From Macrostomum hystrix (lineage: Eukaryota; Animalia; Platyhelminthes): 64,000 nt of DNA. Each line of letters starts with the position of its first letter. The stretch's first letter is position 1. The notes below the pieces were generated by a model, which was not told where the DNA came from, searched no databases, and was given only the letters and a program-made list of their open reading frames with translations. The stretch is taken from NCBI GenBank assembly GCA_950097015.1, contig CATNEN010000003.1, forward strand, positions 1,612,001-1,676,000. The letters are read 5' to 3'. The position numbers and the translations under genes were made by a program. Positions 15,001-26,009 of this stretch are shown here, in pieces.

Positions 15001-18000
15001 CCAACCCCAACCTACCCTACCCAACCCCAACCAACCTTATCTAAGTTCAAAAAAATGTCAAGCAGGATCTTAAATTTTCCCATTATCTCCCGATTGTTTT
15101 TCCAGCGCGTCTCCGCCGCCTGGTCCAGCGAGTTGAAATCGGCAGGTCAGCTAGAATGGTCCGGTCTCGTGAACTACCAGGCCGGACTGTACCCTGAGGC
15201 TGCCGAAGCTTTTAGAGCGGCCCTCTGCCCAGAAATGTGGCTGGCTGCCAAGTTGCTATCTGAATCTAACGCAGATTTAGATAAAGTTATCGAGACTTTA
15301 GAAAAAGAGGCTAATGGAATTGCTGGTGAGTGAGTTAAAATTTGCTGGGATTTTCAGTGATGGGGTTTATGAAATATACCAGGCTGTGGTATAATATAGG
15401 GTGTTATTCTTAGGAATATAAACTTTTTGTTAGGGAATTCGGTTCGATGGGATTTGAATTTTAATTATGGGATTTCAGTTTTAGTTCTATAATTTTTTTA
15501 TTTAATTAATGGGATTTTGGTTTTTTAGGGATTTCAGGTTTATTTTAAGGGATTTCAGGTTTTCTTAGGGATTTCAGGTTTATTCTTAGGGATTTCAGGT
15601 TTATTCTTAGGGATTTCAGGTTTATTCTTAGGGATTTCAGGTTTATTCTTAGGGATTTCAGGTTTAATCTTAGGGATTTCAGGTTTATTCTTAGGGATTT
15701 CAGGTTTATTCTTAGGGATTTCAGGTTTATTCTTAGGGATTTCAGGTTTATTCTAAAGGATTTCAGGTTTATTCTTAGGGATTTCAGGTTTATTCTAAAG
15801 GATTTCAGGTTTATTCTTAGGGATTTCAGGTTTATTTTAAGGGATGTCAGGTTTATTCTTAGGGATTTCAGGTTTATTCTTAGGGACGTCAGGTTTTTTC
15901 TTAGGGGTTTCAGGTTTATTTTAAGGGATGTCAGGTTTATTCTTAGGGATTTCAGGTTTAATCTTAGGGATTTCAGGTTTAATCTTAGGGATTTCAGGTT
16001 TAATCTTAGGGATTTCAGGTTTTTTAGCTTTGTTGCGTTCGGTAAAGAATCTTAGAGATGTGACCGATTTGGGTTGAATTGTTTTAAGATTTTTGTAATT
16101 CTATTTTTGGTTTTAAATTGGTTAATTTAATTTCTGTCGTTCTCATAGTTTTTAAGGGAAGATTTATAGTATAGGTGAGTATAGGTGAGTAGGATGGGTA
16201 TAGGTGAGTAGGGTGTGTTATAGGTGAGTAGGGTGGGTATAGGTGAGTAGGGTGTGTTATAGGTGAGTAGGGTGTGTTATAGGTTGAGTAGGGTGCGTTA
16301 TAGGTGAGTAGGGTGGGTATAGGTGAGTAGGGTGTGTTATAGGTGATAAGGGTGTGGTATAGATGAGTAGGGTGCGTTATAGGTGAGTAGGGTGTGGTAT
16401 AGATGAGTAGGGTGCGTTATAGGTGAGTAGGGTGTGGTATAGATGAGTAGGGTGCGTTATAGGTGAGTAGGGTGTGGTATAGATGAGTAGGGTGCGTTAT
16501 AGGTGAGTAGGGTGTGGTATAGATGAGTAGGGTGCGTTATAGGTGAGTAGGGTGTGGTATAGATGAGTAGGGTGCGTTATAGGTGAGTAGGGTGTGGTAT
16601 AGATGAGTAGGGTGCGTTATAGGTGAGTAGGGTGCGTTATAGGTGAGTAGGGTGTGGTATAGATGAGTAGGGTGCGTTATAGGTGAGTAGGGTGTGGTAT
16701 AGATGAGTAGGGTGCGTTATAGGTGAGTAGGGTGTGGTATAGGTGAGTAGGGTGCGTTATAGGTGAGTAGGGTGCGTTATAGATGAGTAGGGTGCGTTAT
16801 AGGTGAGTAGGGTGCGTTATAGGTGAGTAGGGTGTGGTATAGATGAGTAGGGTGCGTTATAGGTGAGTAGGGTGTGGTATAGATGAGTAGGGTGCGTTAT
16901 AGGTGAGTAGGGTGTGGTATAGGTGAGTAGGGTGCGTTATAGGTGAGTAGGGTGTGGTATAGATGAGTAGGGTGCGTTATAGGTGAGTAGGGTGCGTTAT
17001 AGGTGAGTAGGGTGTGGTATAGATGAGTAGGGTGCGTTATAGGTGAGTAGGGTGCGTTATAGGTGAGTAGGGTGCGTTATAGATGAGTAGGGTGTGGTAT
17101 AGATGAGTAGGGTGTGGTATAGATGAGTAGGGTGCGTTATAGGTGAGTAGGGTGTGGTATAGATGAGTAGGGTGCGTTATAGGTGAGTAGGGTGTGGTAT
17201 AGATGAGTAGGATGGGTATAGGTGAGTAGGGTGTGTTATAGGTGAGTAGGGTGGGTATAGGTGAGTAGGGTGTGTTATAGGTGAGTAGGGTGTGTTATAG
17301 GTTGAGTAGGGTGCGTTATAGGTGAGTAGGGTGGGTATAGGTGAGTAGGGTGTGTTATAGGTGAGTAGGGTGCGTTATAGGTGAGTAGGGTGTGGTATAG
17401 ATGAGTAGGGTGCGTTATAGGTGAGTAGGGTGTGGTATAGATGAGTAGGGTGCGTTATAGGTGAGTAGGGTGTGGTATAGATGAGTAGGGTGCGTTATAG
17501 GTGAGTAGGGTGTGGTATAGATGAGTAGGGTGTGGTATAGATCAGTAGGGTGCGTTATAGGTGAGTAGGGTGTGGTATAGATGAGTAGGGTGCGTTATAG
17601 GTGAGTAGGGTGCGTTATAGGTGAGTAGGGTGTGGTATAGATGAGTAGGGTGCGTTATAGGTGAGTAGGGTGTGGTATAGATGAGTAGGGTGCGTTATAG
17701 GTGAGTAGGGTGTGGTATAGATGAGTAGGGTGCGTTATAGGTGAGTAGGGTGTGGTATAGGTGAGTAGGGTGCGTTATAGGTGAGTAGGGTGCGTTATAG
17801 ATGAGTAGGGTGCGTTATAGGTGAGTAGGGTGCGTTATAGGTGAGTAGGGTGTGGTATAGATGAGTAGGGTGCGTTATAGGTGAGTAGGGTGTGGTATAG
17901 ATGAGTAGGGTGCGTTATAGGTGAGTAGGGTGTGGTATAGGTGAGTAGGGTGCGTTATAGGTGAGTAGGGTGTGGTATAGGTGAGTAGGGTGCGTTATAG

Positions 18001-21000
18001 GTGAGTAGGGTGTGGTATAGATGAGTAGGGTGCGTTATAGGTGAGTAGGGTGCGTTATAGGTGAGTAGGGTGTGGTATAGATCAGTAGGGTGCGTTATAG
18101 GTGAGTAGGGTGCGTTATAGGTGAGTAGGGTGTGGTATAGATGAGTAGGGTGCGTTATAGGTGAGTAGGGTGCGTTATAGGTGAGTAGGGTGTGGTATAG
18201 ATGAGTAGGGTGCGTTATAGGTGAGTAGGGTGCGTTATAGGTGAGTAGGGTGTGGTATAGATGAGTAGGGTGCGTTATAGGTGAGTAGGGTGTGGTATAG
18301 GTGAGTAGGGTGCGTTATAGATGAGTAGGGTGCGTTATAGGTGAGTAGGGTGTGGTATAGATGAGTAGGGTGCGTTATAGGTGAGTAGGGTGTGGTATAG
18401 ATGAGTAGGGTGCGTTATAGGTGAGTAGGGTGTGGTATAGATGAGTAGGGTGCGTTATAGGTGAGTAGGGTGCGTTATAGGTGAGTAGGGTGGGTATAGG
18501 TGAGTAGGGTGCGTTATAGGTGAGTAGGGTATGGTATAGATGAGTAGGGTGCGTTATAGGTGAGTAGGGTGTGGTATAGGTGAGTAGGGTGCGTTATAGG
18601 TGAGTAGGGTGTGGTATAGATCAGTAGGGTGCGTTATAGGTGAGTAGGGTGTGGTATAGATCAGTAGGGTGCGTTATAGGTGAGTAGGGTGTGGTATAGA
18701 TGAGTAGGGTGCGTTATAGGTGAGTAGGGTGTGGTATAGATCAGTAGGGTGCGTTATAGGTGAGTAGGGTGTGGTATAGATCAGTAGGGTGCGTTATAGG
18801 TGAGTAGGGTGTGGTATAGATGAGTAGGGTGCGTTATAGGTGAGTAGGGTGTGGTATAGATCAGTAGGGTGCGTTATAGGTGAGTAGGGTGTGGTATAGA
18901 TCAGTAGGGTGCGTTATAGGTGAGTAGGGTGCGTTATAGGTGAGTAGGGTGCGTTATAGGTGAGTAGGGTGTGGTATAGATGAGTAGGGTGCGTTATAGG
19001 TGAGTAGGGTGTGGTATAGGTGAGTAGGGTGCGTTATAGGTGAGTAGGGTGTGGTATAGATGAGTAGGGTGCGTTATAGATGAGTAGGGTGTGGTATAGA
19101 TGAGTAGGGTGTGGTATAGATGAGTAGGGTGCGTTATAGGTGAGTAGGGTGTGGTATAGATGAGTAGGGTGCGTTCTAGGTGAGTAGGGTGTGGTATAGA
19201 TGAGTAGGGTGCGTTATAGGTGAGTAGGGTGTGGTATAGATGAGTAGGGTGCGTTATAGGTGAGTAGGGTGTGGTATAGATGAGTAGGGTGCGTTATAGG
19301 TGAGTAGGGTGTGTTATAGGTGAGTAGGGTGTGGTATAGATCAGTAGGGTGCGTTATAGGTGAGTAGGGTGTGGTATAGATCAGTAGGGTGCGTTATAGG
19401 TGAGTAGGGTGCGTTATAGGTGAGTAGGGTGTGGTATAGATGAGTAGGGTGCGTTATAGGTGAGTAGGGTGTGGTATAGATGAGTAGGGTGCGTTATAGG
19501 TGAGTAGGGTGCGTTATAGGTGAGTAGGGTGTGGTATTTTTATCAATCTAATTGTCTCATTTGTTCCCTACTTTTGCACCTATTCAGCTCGCCTTTGTGA
19601 CACGGGCCGGCACACGGAGGCCGTCAATCTGCTGACCGCAATGAAACTGCCCATTGCTGAGTGTTCAGTAAGTCCCGATTGATGTGGGATCTAAGTCAGA
19701 TTAAAATAGGATCAGAGTGTTTCAGTGGGTCGCCTATATTAATTGATTTCTCTTTAGAGACAGGCTAAATGTCCCAGAGTCTAAGTAGGGAAGTCGAAAG
19801 CAAGGTTTTTAGTCCCATCAAAGTTAGTCCTTAGTACTCTTATCTGGGGAATTTGAGTTTGTTAAAAAAATTAATACAGAAATCCATTTATTCGAGGCGT
19901 CAGAAAATGGAAAAGAAAAGTAGAAGTTTCTTTCGCTAAATCCTGTCACAGTTGGTTATTTGATTGAATTGTCTAGCGAACTGTGCTACTGACGGATAAA
20001 ATTTATATTTTTATCCTCGCAGGCAAAGGGATTTAGTGCAGAAATTGTCAAAAAATTTCCTCTATTATATTTCCTTTTTTTCTACCTATTTTTCTAAAAA
20101 AGCAATTAAAAATGCTGCACTTTTAACTTGTTTTGCAGTTCAAGCATACTGGATTATTATAGACATGCCTACACAATCGAAATATTTTTGAATTCTATCA
20201 GGCTAAGTGCAACAGCACCCTTCACCTCCCCTCTGTCAGCCCTTCACCTCCCCTCTGTCAGCCCTTCACCTCCCCTCTGTCAGCCCTTCACCTCCCCCTC
20301 TGTCAGCCCTTCACCTCCCCCTCTGTCAGCCCTTCACTTCCCCGTCTGTCAGCCCTTCACCTCCCCCTCTGTCAGCCCTTCACCTCCCCTTCTGTCAGCC
20401 CTTCACCTCCCCTCTGTCAGCCCTTCACCTCCCCCTCTCTCAGCCCTTCACCTCCCCCTCTGTCAGCCCTTCACCTCCCCCTCTCTCAGCCCTTCACCTC
20501 CCCCTCTGTCAGCCCTTCACCTCACCCTCTGTCAGCCCTTCACCTCCCGCTCTGTCAGCCCTTCACCTCCCCCTCTGTCAGCCCTTCACCTCCCGCTCTG
20601 TCAGCCCTTCACCTCCCCCTCTGTCAGCCCTTCACCTCACCCTCTGTCAGCCCTTCACCTCCCCTTCTGTCAGCCCTTCACCTTCCCCTCTGTCAGCCCT
20701 TTACCTCCCCCTCTGTCAGCCCTTCACCTTCCCCTCTGTCAGCCCTTCACCTCCCCCTCTGTCAGCCCTTCACCTCCCCCTCTGTCAGCCCTTCACCTTC
20801 CCCTCTGTCAGCCCTTCACCTTCCCCTCTGTCAGCCCTTCACCTCCCCCTCTGTCAGCCCTTCACCTCCCCCTCTGTCAGCCCTTCACCTCCCCCTCTGT
20901 CAGCCCTTCACCTCCCCTTCTGTCAGCCCTTCACCTCCCCTCTGTCAGCCCTTCACCTTTCTCTTCTCTCTCTTAATCTCTTTCTCACTTTGTCTCTCCT

Positions 21001-24000
21001 ATTTGAGAAGTCACATGATTCAGGATTTTAGTATTCGATGCTTGTTTATTAGGTAATTAATTAAATAACAAATCAGTGCCTTTATAAAAATAAATTTGTC
21101 CAGAACTTAGCATTGCTGTGTAATTAGGCAAGAAACTGTGTTTCTTTTTAGCTTATGGTTCTCCCGAAACAAATTTCTTCGTGTTTGTTTATGAGATCTG
21201 TCATTTGGCGCTAAATTACTTAGTCTGACTTCATGAAAGAAAAATGCTTTGTAATTTTATAGATAGATAGATAGATCAAATTTATCCAATCCAGACGTGA
21301 CACAAATGTAGCATATTGTCAATGGTTTTCTTTAATTTCCAATCTCGAATGAATGTTATCCTTGCGTTTTCTTGTAGACTTCTGACTCCCAGGCGTTTAA
21401 AGCTGCCCTTGATGGCTGTCTGTGGCAGCGTTGTGAACTCTTTGTGAGTAACTTGCAAATCATTAATCATCATGTTTACATTTGAAAGTCTTTATTCTAA
21501 AAATAAAATCTCTGATTCTATATCCCAGATTTCTGATCCTTTTTCGAGGATCTCAGATTATCGAATTCCAGATCCCATATGCCAAATCCCAGATCCCATA
21601 TGCCAAATATCTGATCCCAAGTCTCAGATTCCAAATCCCTGATCCCATATCTCAGATCCCAAATCCCAGATCCCATATCTCAGATCCCAAATCCCGGATC
21701 CGATATGCCAAATCTCTGATCCCATGTCTCAGATCCCAAATCCCAGATCCCATATCTCAGATCCCAAATCCCAGATCCCAAATCTCAGATCCCAAATCCC
21801 AGATCCCAAATCCCAGATCCCAAATCCCAGATACCATATCTCAGATCCCAAATCCCAGATCCCAAATCTCAGATCCCAAATCCCAGATACCATATCTCAG
21901 ATCCCAAATCCCAGATCCCAAATCTCAGATCCCAAATCCCAGATCCCATATCTCAGATCCCAAATCCCAGATCCCATTTGCCGAATCTCAGATTCACAAA
22001 TTCCTGATCCCATATCTCAGATCCTAAATCCCAGATCCCATATGCCAAATCTCTGATCCCATGTCTCAGATCCCAAATCCCAGATCCCATGTCTCAGACC
22101 CTAAATCCCAGATCCCATATGCCAAATCTCTGATCCCATATCTCAGATTTAGAATTCCCTCATTCTTTATCCCATATTATAAATTCTCAATCCCGGATCC
22201 CACATCCTCCTTAAACGCTAATCCTAGATCCCAGATCTCTAATCCTAGAATCCGAGATCCCTATCAGATTCCTTGATTCATTTTCTCAAATTCTTGACTT
22301 TAGACCCTACCCTTAAAATCTGAGAATCTCATCCCAAATCCCATATCCCTAATCACAAATCCCTGATGTCAGGCTCGCATCTTTTATGTCGGATTCTAAA
22401 CAACGCATCTAAAATCCAAGGATCCCAGATCCCAGATTCTTCACCTTGGCCTAAGATTCCAGATCCCAAATCACAGCCTCACTAAATCGCCCGCACTTCT
22501 CAGATCGCGCAAGCCATCGCCAGTCGGCACCCGGTGGAGGCGTCGCAGTTGCGCTTGACTCTAATCAAAGCTGCACTTCAAGCCAGCGAACAGGAATTAG
22601 CGGACGCTGCCAAAGATGTTGAGCAGTTTGTTGAGCACAGAAGCCGACTAATTCAAGTTAGAGAGGCTCGCGAAGCCAGGGCAGCCGGTGGTGAGTCTAA
22701 TTTCTGAGCCCTCATTCATCAAGCTGTGATTTATAGAGCCTACTTAAATTTCTACCTCAGCTGATGCTATAGGTGTGTTATTTGATGAGGGCAAGTGGCG
22801 GGGGCGAGTGGATCAGCGGCTAAAGTCGCTGCCTCGCACTCCAAAAGGCGCTAGTTCGATTCTCCCTTCAAGTCACGATTAATTTCGGGACTTGTTGGGG
22901 GGGGCTTGGACAGTAGCGACCGGCGGAGGTGCACCATATTTCGTGCAATCAAAGCTTGAAATAATAGCTTCGCTCCTACCTTCTGTGTGCCTGTTCTGCG
23001 TTGTGTGAGTTGTGTGCGTTGGCGCTGTGGCGTGAGGCCTTGCGGGGGGTGGCTGGAGGGCGGGTGTACACCGCCGCGCGCTTTCTGGACTTCCGTCAGC
23101 GCGATTGGATAAGTGTACACTCATCACCCGCCCCCCCTGAGGACTGATTTCTTATCAGCCTTCCGCCCCGGCTTGATCTGCTCTGTGCGTGCGGGGCTGG
23201 GGTGGGGGACACTGCTGCCTATTCTGGGTGCCTCCTGCCCTCCCCGGCTGGTCTGTGCTGCTGTGTGTGGTGCCTGCTCAGGGGAGGCGGCGCGATGGGC
23301 GCTTAAGCGCCTAGTTCGCCGCTCTGGGGGCGTGCCGCTCCGTCGCTTGTGCGACAACTGCCCCGGGCCCCCCTGCAAATAGATAGATAGAGGGCAAGTG
23401 GCAGAGCTTGCCTGTTGCTCCAAGGTCCTAAGCTCTCGAGGGCCAACCTGCAAGGCACAGTGAAAGTGTACACTGCCTGACGATGAGAAAGTCGGGACAG
23501 ATGTACACACCTGTGTGCGCGTGTGCTCAGGAGTCAGCGAATTGGGCAGAATTGCCTCCTGCTGGCTGCGGGTCTAGTGTCACACAATACTGTGCCATTG
23601 TCCGCAGCCTTCCTGAAATTATTATTAATGTAATTAAGTGTCTTATTTTGGATGAGATTCGAACTCCCGACCTTTTGGTCTAAAGCTCACCGTATGCCTT
23701 GTACAATATATCCAAATCCAAATAGACTCCAGATATATCCAAAGTCTTGCCTGAGTGTGTTAGCGGCAACTTGGTCGGCTAGATTTTCCCATATATAATC
23801 ACTCTAATCCTAATATTCGTTTGGCTGATTGCATTTTCTGCTTTAAATTTCTGCAAAATATTTTTTGCATTGGCCTAGCTATTTTTATCTAGCGTATTTT
23901 CTTCTTTTAGTGATTGATTTTCAATATGAAATAAGAGGCTTTCAAGAGTTAACATTTTTTTCTATATTTCCAAATAATGTATTCAATTCAACGTTTTTAC

Positions 24001-25703
24001 TCGTAAATCGAGTCTTACATTTTGAGCTTCTTCTAGGAATATGATTCTAGATTCCCGTTTCTAAGAATTTTAATTTGTCCTTGTTTCTAGAAAAGGGAAT
24101 TCGAGCTTCCTGTTTCTAGGAATGGGATTTCAAGCTTCCTTTTTTAGGAATTGGATTTTTAACTTCCTTTTTCTAGAAAAGGGATTTCGAGCTTCCTGTT
24201 TCTAGGAATGGGATTTCAAGCTTCCTTTTTCTAGGAATGTGATTTCAAGCTTCCAGTTTCTAGGAATGGAAGAATGGAATTTCAAGCTTCCAGTTTCTAG
24301 GAATGGGATTTCAAGCTTTCTTTTTCTAGGAATGGGATTTCTAGCTTCCTTTTTCTAGGAATGGGATTTCAAGCTTCCAGTTTCTAGGAATGGGATTTCA
24401 AGCTTCCCTTTTCTAGAAATGGGATTTCAAGCTTCCCTTTTCTAGGAATGGGATTTCGAGCTTCCTTTTTCTAGGAATGGGATTTCAAGCTTCCTTTTCT
24501 AGGAATGGGATTTCGAGCTTCCTTTTCTAGGAATGGGATTTCAAGCTTCCTTTTTCTAGGAAAGGGATTTCGAGCTTCCTTTTTCTAGGAATGGGATTTC
24601 AAGCTTCCTTTTTCTAGGGAAGGGATTTCGAGCTTCCTTTTTCTAGGAATGGGATTTCGAGCTTCCTTTTTCTAGGAAAGGGATTTCGAGCTTCCTTTTT
24701 CTAGGAATGGGATTTCAAGCTTCCTTTTTCTAGGGAAGGGATTTCGAGCTTCCTTTTCTAGAAAAGGGATTTCGAGCTTCCTTTTTTAGAAATGGGATTT
24801 CAAGCTTCCTTTTTCTAGGAAAGGGATTTCAAGCTTCCTTTTTCTAGGAAAGGGATTTCAAGCTTCCTTTTTTAGGACTTGGATTTCAAGCTTACTTTTT
24901 CTAGGAAAGGGATTTCAAGCTTCCTTTTTTAGGAATTGGATTTCAAGCTTCCTTTTTCTAGGAATGGGATTTAGAGCTTCCTGTTTCTAGGAATGGGATT
25001 TCAAGCTCTCTGTTTCTTGTATTTTTTCTTCTTAATTGTACATTTTCACGTTCAGTAACCATCATCTTCGTCTTGCTACTTACATTATTTTCAAGTAGTA
25101 TGAATTGCAATTCGCAGCATCCGATGTAATATTTTTTCAGTCTTTGATGATCTCCAGAGCCAGCAGCAGCTGACGGGCCTCATCGGTCCAGACGATGACG
25201 CCTTCTCAGACGTCGGCTCCACCGTCAGCCGTTCTTCGTCGGCCTCCTTGTCCTCGAATTCAACCGGCACTAGAAAGAGTCGACGAAAAGCCAGACGCAA
25301 ATTAGAGACCGCGTCAACCAAGCCGGGCCACCCGTTGGAGGAGCTCGGCCTCCTCAACAGTCTGGCCGACTGTCTGGCTCGCAGGTCGCGACGTCTGGCT
25401 CCGGCTCGCCAGCTCTGCGGTGCCCTCACAGGACTCGGCAGACACTCTGAAGCGGCCAGACTGCGTCAAGCCGTAGCCAAATCACTCAGCCGTCTGACCT
25501 GCGGCAGCGCCGGCGTCTGGCCGTCGACGATTAGCGACGAAAACGACGACGCTTCGTCGGCGTCGTCCACGACGATGCTTCGCACTGCGCAGGCGTTCGG
25601 CTGCGTGCTCTCCTGCATGTGCCGACCGGACAGTTTGCTGACCGAGTTGGAGACCGCCAAGGCAGCCTGGCAACGGCTGGACTGGGGCGGTGACGCTCTC
25701 TGA
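3048..25703 (+). CDS. ELP1: Elongator complex protein 1 (ELP1/IKBKAP), 3' portion; 5' exons lie upstream of the window
   Basis: Exons 3048-3206, 4672-5320, 15106-15325, 19588-19667, 22504-22690, 25141-25703, all with AG/GT ends and matching phases. Motifs AFELMRRHRINLNLLVDH, LYNCALGTYDLELALLVAQRTRRDPKDY, IDLQLARYARAV and the basic region RKSRRKARRK...PGHPLEELGLL match ELP1 hallmarks (RINLNL, ALGTYD...DPKEY, KNRRKAERK...GSPLEDLALL). Confidence 0.95.
3770..4525. repeat. 21-bp minisatellite GATTGTA(AAC/GAA)AG(C/T)TGCAATCT
   Basis: About 35 units with a gradient of variants. Confidence 0.97.
5340..5640. repeat. (CCTGT)n microsatellite
   Basis: Pentamer runs starting about 20 nt after the 5321 donor. 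Confidence 0.9.
6505..7670. repeat. 21-bp minisatellite GTTGCAATCTAGCTATGACG(C/A) with a 378-bp higher-order repeat
   Basis: About 55 units; marker variant GTAAGTATAAC at 6697, 7075 and 7453. Confidence 0.97.
9036..10472 (-). CDS. Intronless rhodopsin-like (class A) 7TM GPCR, orphan, nested in an ELP1 intron
   Basis: 478-aa ORF with seven hydrophobic segments. TM1 Asn (GLLVN), a Cys before TM3, DLY at the DRY position followed by VAVMHSIRY, TM4 Trp, TM6 LPY and TM7 LNPVV; long Q/S/N-rich C-tail. Confidence 0.9.
   Translation of the reverse strand: MSKALLVNDIVTLTAAALGLLVNCATLIALLLNRRHLTTKAYLVLSLTLGGIVTVAGSVLQTMYIVQAVSGIDCLSKAQVLMRDVKYIGLILTLLGLNALCIDLYVAVMHSIRYRVVCSKKRVRMLICVKWLVGIILGCASSISHLIVGAQKRTRCDNAAINIQGQVFNIRVANNETRTAEKNVIRMSSDLLAYQLPALPSAPPRQPPPPLKSVDFLMNRFYISECILVAVLAASVLFITVSLARIYRKLKRRVRRNGMLACGEHASACGTSSGGSGGIRRHCSISNTRAKRRGASTILVMFVCFNATVLPYIIGEFYSIIVTNREQSRSSSNTQDDLQFILYSLPYLYALAASFTVLNPVVMSLRMREVQAGYVIMCQRLCHQNSQQHQQRNNRRHNLQLSVTDGICESMADNNDSILPDRQVQALQQKRCQSRRDLENQQHHSRNSISNSYGMVSFSVAGNDATSCSAHEVCDTEA
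14543..15035. repeat. 20-bp minisatellite TCTGAAGCTACCCTACCCGA switching to ACCCCAACCTACCCTACCCA
   Basis: Two homogeneous blocks with the same period. Confidence 0.97.
15510..16025. repeat. 21-bp minisatellite TTAGGGATTTCAGGTTTATTC
   Basis: About 24 units. Confidence 0.97.
16168..19537. repeat. 20-bp minisatellite ATAG(G/A)TGAGTAGGGTG(CGT/TGG)T
   Basis: About 168 units over 3.4 kb. Confidence 0.99.
20215..20960. repeat. 21-23 bp minisatellite CTCTGTCAGCCCTTCACCTCCCC
   Basis: Tandem units with a variable C run. Confidence 0.97.
21560..22470. repeat. 7/14-bp repeat CAGATCCCAAATCC
   Basis: Homogeneous core with degenerate edges. Confidence 0.92.
22800..23389 (+). mobile_element. tRNA-derived SINE (type 2, about 590 bp) with 13-bp TSD
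   Basis: A box TGGATCAGCGG, B box GTTCGATTC, GC-rich body and (ATAG)n tail. Flanked by GAGGGCAAGTGGC at 22787-22799 and 23390-23402. Confidence 0.85.
23390..23627 (+). mobile_element. tRNA-derived SINE (type 1), internally deleted copy interrupted by the type 2 SINE
   Basis: Clear similarity to the reverse complement of 63390-63711 (CACTGCCTGACGATGAGAAAGTC, TGCTCAGGAGTCAGCGAA, GGCTGCGGGTCTAGTGTCAC); (TTA)n tail. Confidence 0.85.
23645..23700 (-). mobile_element. Fragment of a tRNA-like SINE head
   Basis: Reverse complement reads TAGACCAAAAGGTCGGGAGTTCGAATCTC: a B box in a context similar to the head at 55801-55830. Confidence 0.45.
24040..25015. repeat. About 30-bp minisatellite TTCTAGGAATGGGATTTCAAGCTTCCTTT(T)
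   Basis: About 32 units; internal AGGAA/TTCCT dyad. Confidence 0.96.
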
Positions 25704-26009
25704 TTGGTTGTCTTGCTAGCTGATCCGATATGTGTCGAAAACTGTCATTTGAATCGGTTTCCTTTTTACATTTTTTGCAAACTGACTCGTCGTTTAAGAC
25801 CTTCGTGTTCTGTGCTGTTAATCATTTTTATGTATTTAATAATAATGCACTGCTTGAATACAGGTTTCATTGTTGCTAGTCATGAGCAGAACTGTGACTA
25901 GTGTAATCTTTTGGTTATGGCTTTGGATTAAAACAAAGGGTCGTGTTTGAAAAGCTTTTCTTTATTTTCATGTTCTTTCAGCAGGCCTTACATGTTATAC
26001 GAAGTACAC

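Noticed and set aside
15510-16025. Interstitial telomeric sequence (TTAGGG)
   Set aside because: One hexamer per 21-bp unit, never tandem.
21282-21473. Non-LTR reverse transcriptase remnant (LPQTAIKGSFKRLGVRSL)
   Set aside because: Only faint resemblance to the P..GGLG motif; too short to support.
22800-22875. Functional tRNA genes (also 55768-55840 and 63635-63711)
   Set aside because: A and B boxes are present but there is no closed cloverleaf, and each continues into a SINE body and tail.
23461-23515. Hammerhead ribozyme core CTGACGA...GAAA in the SINE
   Set aside because: Only about 2-3 nt separate the motifs (no stem II), and CCTGAC pairs with GTC(A/G)GG in a plain hairpin.
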